A DNA stretch of 59,032 bases, filler included, from Basidiobolus ranarum (Eukaryota), in assembly GCA_040143965.1 (NCBI GenBank). It is 9 parts of 9 records of this genome, joined end to end, with 100 filler letters (N's around TTAATTAATTAA, not from the genome) between each part and the next. Parts side by side here need not be neighbours in the genome. Positions count along the whole stretch, not along the records: positions 52,587 to 59,032 come from JASJQH010008190.1; 8 more parts are not named here. One strand, given 5' to 3'. The position numbers and the translations under genes were made by a program. Shown here one piece after another: positions 53,562-59,032 of this stretch (its first letter is position 1; each line of letters opens with the position of its first letter). Under the pieces are notes generated by a model. That model was not told where the DNA came from. It saw nothing but the letters and a program-made list of their open reading frames with translations, and did no database searches.

Positions 53562-56039
53562 AATTCCACTCTTAATTTAGGTGTAGTCTTGCTTAAACAT
53601 CATATATGGCCACCTCTATTAAGGGAGAAAGTCAAAAAATTGTTATGGGCAACAAAATGATTTAAAACAGTGTGAGTTCAAAACCAGTTCACTGCTAGAG
53701 TGGAATACACTTGAAAAGCAAATTAGTTGTGGGTACTAATGAATGTTCCAATTTGGAACTAACTGATATGACAAAATGACCTTCATCAAATTAGATGTGT
53801 ATATGCATTAGTTAGGTATATAAATATATGAATAGCAATTGGGATTGAGATTATTAGAACCTACTACTTTGATGTTTTATAACTGGGCAAAAGCAAAGAA
53901 ATTGACTAAAATAAGCTTTAATCATCGAGCAGTGTCATTAAAGATATGATTGCTGATGTATTAGGGTTAAGTACCGGTATCTTTGCTTCCAACTGGAGAA
54001 TGCCATTTTACAAGTCTTAAATATTTCGAAAGTAGCCTATACTTTTGCAATGTGTCTCCAAAATGGTGAGCTTAAACAGTTTAAAGCGGCGATACTGGCT
54101 TTTCAACTTCACTAATACCCTATAGTTACATTCTGGTTATGTAATTAGCCCCAATATTTCTAACTAATCCACATGCATATATAATAGTTGTAAACAGTAG
54201 AAGGAACTTGTGTGTAAGAATGTGTTACCTTAGAGATTAATAATCAGTCAGAACGAGGTGGTCAAAAGCTCACCAGAAAATTACATGGTTTTCACATTCT
54301 GAATAATCAACTCATATCAATGGGGTTAGTATATCAGATAGTACAATAATTCAAGAGACAGGTAAATAACCACAAGGGACACCAAACTTTTCCTTTCAAG
54401 CTTTGAGTAAGGAAGTACGGCAACTCTGACACTATACAGTGAATCGTAGATGTAAACCAAATAATATGAAATTACCTCCGGATAAATTCGTATCTGGGTG
54501 GCTGGAATATTGGCTATAAGTATGCGAAGTAAAAGATATATGACTTGCACGAAAATCAATGAAAAGTGAAATGCGAGAGTGCTTGGATGAAGCCCAAGTG
54601 TTGACATTGTGTCTGAATATGAACTGGTTACTACTTCTATGCTTCTCAAACATAGCTCTAAGTAATCTACAAATATGTATGATCTGTAAAACAAATGACA
54701 GTGTGCAGAGGGACTCAAGCGGGCTTTGCTGAGCAAGAATATCCACATATGCCTGCATTTTGTTTACTCGTTAGCTCAGATTTGTAAATATTATTTGTAT
54801 TCTTCAGGGCCACACTGATACAGGTGAAGTTCACTGACCTGGATCCTCGATAACTAATTACCTAGAGCTAATACACCGATTCATACTAAATTACATCCCA
54901 AACAAATACAAATCACGAGAGTAACCGCAATACATACTGACGTGCATGAAAATTTGCATTGATCTAGTAGTTGTCAGAGATCAATTCATCTGCACACTAT
55001 GCTCCTGTCACTAGACCATTCATTTCAATACTTATCGCCAAGAACTCAAGGCGTCAAGCAAGCATCATTCATACTTCCATGAAATCACTTACCAGTGCAA
55101 CTGGCTTCTGTTTGGAACTTCTTGAGCATCAGATGCAATTATCTCAATCTGATCCCCGTTCAAATCACTTCATTATTATACCATTGTACTATTTCAATTA
55201 ATTTAGTAATCCAAGTTTGTACCAAGTGCTTTCTCTTCTCGGATATGATGTGGGGAAACCATTGTCCTCCACTATACTAACTGTACACTAATAACGCCAT
55301 TCTGGGGCAAATCCATCGTTTTTTTTACGAAATCAGGCGTTCCCCGCCGATTACCGAGTGTCACTTCTTTGAGCGCATAGGGATATGCTACTGTCACACC
55401 AATGACTCACTCAGCAGCGTGGTTTAAGAAATCACCCCAGTGTATTCGTCTGGTAGCTAGCGATAAGAAACATGGAGTCTACAACCTAACTTCACAAATA
55501 CTCAGATACAGCGTATTCACTCATCCATTGCAGGTAATAAACCCGCACTTGGAGAGTATAAAGTGAAAAGATAAGGAATGTAGTGGATAGAAGGGCACGA
55601 TTCAAATAACTGTTGGGCTGTTTACTAGTAAGAAACAAGAATATGAATTTTCATTTTACGTGATAAGAGACGTAAGAAGAGTATAGAAAGAATCTACAAA
55701 ATGCTCAACAAGGAAGGATTTTGGTGTTCAACGAGTTACTATGAACATAACATAAATCTCCCAGTTGGTAAGATATAAAGGAGGAGGGAGGACAAGATAC
55801 ACCTATGGTTTACAAAACGCCATGACTAGTAATTAAAATGCTCTAGGATTTCCGATTATGAAGGGGAAGGGGGAAAGTACTTTTTCCGAGGAACCACTTC
55901 GATAATTCCTCTTCAAATTACGTAATCAATGTTGGGAAATGAAAGGGAATAAAAGTAAAACAAAAACTACATGAGAACTACAAAGAGTGAATATGTGAAG
56001 AGAATGTCAAATGAAGGTCCGATGAATGTCAGATGTTAC

Positions 56040-57361
56040 TTATTGAAAGTATTTGTCTCTAGAAGCACTTCGTAATGGCGTTTGTCCCCCAATACTAGAT
56101 CCACCAATGCTTGACACTCCATCTGCATCAAATTCAAATTGGGCATCTGATTCGTCATCGGCATTTAGTAATTCGCGAACTTCCCAATTGTATGCGTTAT
56201 CTCCAAAAGTGTATTCCAAATCTTCTTTGGTAATGGAATCCCAGTATTTGTAAACCATCATGACCGCTAACAAATTGAATATCACTCCAAAGAATGGCCC
56301 ATCTATGTAGTGATTGGTACTGTTACAAATGGTTTTGGAGAAGAAATGCGAGATCACGTTGGCTCCAACAAATGAGATCAATGCTAGAATGACATCGCCT
56401 AAAAGTGAATTGTCAGAGTCTATTCAAAACCATAATAATTTGCATGCGGACTTTACCTAGTGGCCAGCGTTCTTGCAAGGTCCCTACCACCAGTATAACT
56501 TGTAGAACGAAGTATATGAACACTGCGGCTGGGTTAAAGATCCAATAGATAACCCATAACACATAAGGCTTATCTGGGCTAAATCCGGTGGTCCAGCTAA
56601 GAGTAGTACCGATAGTCGTGGCATAAACCAAGCCGAACACAACAAGAGAGGAGATTCTCAATGACTTTAAAATAAAGCAGGTCAATGACTGTTGAAGGAA
56701 AATCAAGATCGCTCATACTCACCCAAAGTGACAATCTAGAGCCATCCTCGGCAAACTGGAACCCTATGAATCCATTCACAAGAAGTGCCCATATAGTAGT
56801 AGAAATTAATGAGATGTGCACCGCGACAATATACTGTTTGAATTTCAACATGTTAGATGATGTGTTTACTGAACACGTGCATAACATATACTGTACTTTA
56901 TAAGCTCCATTGGAAGCAGGTATCAACCCAGACATGGTGATAAAATCGAATACAAGCGTGAGAAAATACAGATAGAAGAATATGAGCATCTCCTTGCGTC
57001 CTATAAATAAATGAACGGTGTAAGAATCCACTACAAGGGAAGGCACCACCCCACGAGTACAGAGACAAACTTACCCACTGCAGTATACTTTAGAAATACG
57101 TTGTATACCATGATAACGGTCATTACCATTGCAATCAAGTCCATAATAAGTAAACCTAGTAAAATATTCGGCTCAGAAAGTGTGTAGTGAAATTCAATAT
57201 TGAACTTGAAAAGTACCAGGCTCTAAAAACAGGGTTCCTCCTATGTCTATGTTACGTGCAATGCAGCTAGGCTCTAAGCCTCCCGGCTGAGGGCCCACAA
57301 GAGGACATATTGGGAGCGCGAACTGATGGCAAAGATCGGTAAACTGACCAAACTGACCCAT
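56040..57361 (-). CDS. CHS7: Chitin synthase III export chaperone, multi-exon
   Basis: MGQFGQFTDLCHQFALPICPLVG...CIARNIDIGG, KYTAV-GRKEM, LLVNGFIGFQFAEDG, LQERWPL-GD, HYIDGPFF...LLAVMMVYKYWDSITKEDLE. Confidence 0.96.
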
Positions 57362-59032
57362 AATGTAAAAGAATGTGCTGTGTTGTCCAACAAGGAAGGT
57401 TACGAGAAAGTGAAGCGAGAGAGATGGATAGTAATCGCGTGTTTTAAGGAATTAGGTTATCAGTTTCTAGAGAAGAGTAGAAAAGGTAAAGAAGGCACCA
57501 AGTGTAATGGAAAAGAAATGCCAAAATTTCCGGGCTATCTGCGACCTGATGAGCAATTTATTTGTATTCACCAAGCACTGAAAAGGCACGCTTCCAAATT
57601 GGTAATTCAATACAGTATGGGCGTATTAATGATAGATTTGGGGTATCTGTAGTTTCCTGGATCTTTTTTGTTCACAATCAGAGATAGCCCAGGTTTCCGT
57701 CTCATTTGCATCTACGCCAATCACATGTAGTTGTCAAACTCGCTAAGAATCCCTACTTGCGCAGATAATTATCTAATTGAAATGGATGGACATTTTTGGA
57801 TCAAAGCTTTAAATTAAAAAGAATCCAATTTAGATCTCTGATGGCCTAATTTGTCCAGCTAATGAATTTTTGATCAAAACTAGATTGAGATAAATTTATT
57901 CAAGCTTAAATTGGATTAAAGGAATTGAATTTTATTTGCGTGGAATTCACTCGGCCAGTTGACCATTCACTTCTCTCTTCCCAATCACCCCATTGGCATC
58001 AGACTCTACGCGGAAAAAAGACCAGCAACAGTGATGACCATCTTCGTATCCTATGGCGAAAGATGCTCGGTGGAGAAATGGACATTCAGTTGAGGATGGC
58101 ACCTTAGTCTCCGATACCCTGCTCCTGCGATCTCTTTCTTACCAAAGGGCGTCATAATCACCGCATAGGCAATCTAGATTGACTAGTTGTTAGGTGCTAC
58201 GTTGGTTTGTTTCTCCTTCATATTGGAACCTCTCCCCCATCAGGTTTGTGCTATAATTAGGCTCCTCAGGTCCTTATGATTGGTTTTCGGCAAAGTGTTC
58301 GAGTAGAATCCTACGGGTCAAGATCTCCATATTTACGAGATACCCTTATTTGGAATTTAAGCCAGGTATGGACATGCTCGGAGGCTGTTTTGATTTGCTA
58401 TATTCTAGATAATGCTGGATCTTGGCTTCATCGTACTGTAACTGTAAAATCGCAGTTGAAAGCCGAAGCGCTCAGGATTAGGTTCGGAGGTTTCTAACCG
58501 CAAGTGCTTGTGTTTTCGATGGCATGGAGTTCGATTTTTGTGGTCGCAATAAAGGGGGAATTCTATAGATTTGTATAGATTTAAGGAGATGCGACATACA
58601 GATTAAGAATGACACCATATTGACTTGTTTAGAGAGTTAGAGTCTGAGCCCAAGGTCGTCCTTCACATCGATCTAGCTCAAACTATGCTGTGAGGTTCGT
58701 TCCTGTGTACCGATCCGGATCGGATTCTCGATTTTATTCTCAACGAATTTCAGGCCAACCGGGCTTAGGGCTGATTTCGGACTCATCATTGGTACGTTAT
58801 CTCTGAATAGAAGTACTCCAAAAGGTTTAGATTGGATTGTATCCCTTTCTGGGTTTCGTTATTTCATTTTCTTAAGGACATCACCATTGTCAAGTCCGAG
58901 GCTTCATGTCTTTGTTTACAGATGCTTATGTAGTGTATATATTTGATGAAGCTTTCTGTGCCTATCATCACATAACTTGGTACTACATCAAAGACTAATG
59001 AAGAAATTGAAAACACCGTATCCCCATTCATA

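Noticed and set aside
55250-55560. Slightly GC-richer intergenic patch considered as a structured ncRNA (RNase P/MRP, SRP)
   Set aside because: Conserved motifs were not convincingly present; an Rfam search would be needed.
57822-57917. 11-bp inverted repeat AATCCAATTTA/TAAATTGGATT as a MITE
   Set aside because: Short, AT-rich, no target-site duplication and no second copy in the window.
58710-58723. Perfect 14-bp palindrome CCGATCCGGATCGG
   Set aside because: A single palindrome of this length is expected by chance in 59 kb and has no supporting context.

Overview
This is eukaryotic, fungal DNA: short GT-AG introns with TACTAAC-like branch points, plus AUR1, CHS7 and PUF4 genes. The gene style suggests an early-diverging fungus, possibly Basidiobolus-like (inference only). 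The window is not one locus. It is nine contigs of steadily decreasing length (6500, 6495, 6480, 6473, 6471, 6462, 6455, 6450, 6446 bp) joined by artificial N-TTAATTAATTAA-N linkers, so nothing can be inferred from adjacency across linkers. Recognisable genes are RPS2 (partial), the PCK1 3' end, a CAP/SCP protein, a CaM kinase, PUF4, a SAM methyltransferase, SNZ1/PDX1, a DUF4050-like protein, STE24, tRNA-Arg(CCG), AUR1 and CHS7. Roughly a third of the sequence is decayed, CpG-poor transposon debris: Ty1/copia with several LTR families, CACTA/EnSpm Tnp2 elements and a DDE_Tnp_4 fragment, often nested. The most striking item is an intact, intron-containing gene (34239-35463) for a secreted protein that fuses a bacterial-type duplicated Ca-binding dockerin to an alkaline-phosphatase-superfamily phosphodiesterase domain, with Pho4-like motifs upstream. 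It is a candidate domesticated bacterial gene and may point to a dockerin-cohesin system in a fungus.
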